Below are positions 63,614 to 64,000 of a DNA stretch of 64,000 bases, one piece after another. The notes under the pieces were generated by a model. That model was not told the DNA's origin and did no database searches. It saw nothing but the letters and a program-made list of their open reading frames with translations. The stretch comes from Cirrosporium novae-zelandiae. Taxonomy: Eukaryota. A program made the translations under genes and the position numbers. The DNA is taken from positions 434,001 through 498,000 of the forward strand of contig JAPETS010000021.1 in NCBI GenBank assembly GCA_026023565.1, read 5' to 3'. Every line of letters starts with the position of its first letter. The stretch's first letter is position 1.

Positions 63614-64000
63614 GGAGCAGAGGCAATAGCTTGACGTTGTGTTTGAATTTCTGTGGATTGATTCTTATGCTATGGGTTTTTTCTCAGAGTAGTGAATCAG
63701 ATCTGGAAATGGTGATTGATGCGCAACGTTAATACCTGTCTCAGTTCTTTAATCGGATGTATATCTAGATGAATTTTGTACAGTAATTGTGAAGTGAAAT
63801 GAATTCTAACCTCAGGCCGCAAATTCTTTGCGCACCACGTGCTTGCTTGGCAAATTTGAACAAGACAAGGGGGATTTCTTTTCTGATGGCAATCCTTTCT
63901 ACGAAAATATTATTCCCCCAAATCATTCACTTGGCATAACCATTTGAATTCACCTTGTTTGGTTATCACTTCTCGATTATTTTGTAATCAATGAATTCCA

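Noticed and set aside
1..64000. tRNA, rRNA, snRNA, CRISPR array, intact transposon or secondary-metabolite cluster
   Set aside because: No cloverleaf, spaced repeat array, transposase/RT motif or PKS/NRPS gene was seen by eye; a covariance-model scan is needed to exclude small RNAs.

Overview
Eukaryotic, intron-rich genomic DNA from a filamentous ascomycete (Pezizomycotina): short GT..AG introns with CTAAC-type branch points and about 20 protein-coding genes. Recognisable genes are ATG29, CAB2 (phosphopantothenate-cysteine ligase), a Zn2Cys6 transcription factor with an apparent 1-nt frameshift, AIM11-like, an alpha/beta hydrolase with an extra N-terminal domain, palI/RIM9, molybdopterin synthase catalytic subunit, SED5, an arabinitol-DH-like SDR, an ABC1/ADCK kinase, an RBM5/RBM10-like G-patch protein, an RTA1-like protein, CAB1 (pantothenate kinase) and SCO1. 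There are also several uncharacterised disordered or orphan proteins. Reading beyond the ORF track revealed two decayed pseudogenes (a C6 transcription factor at ~2.2-3.3 kb and a protein kinase at ~24.2-24.5 kb with RIP-like stops). It also showed a probable non-AUG (CUG) initiated N-terminal extension within a ~690-nt ATG-free stretch (59.3-60.0 kb), and a splice switch that could convert a 1272-aa protein into a ~2111-aa form. No tRNA, rRNA, CRISPR array or intact transposon could be supported. Family assignments come from remembered motifs, not database searches, and exon boundaries were inferred by eye.
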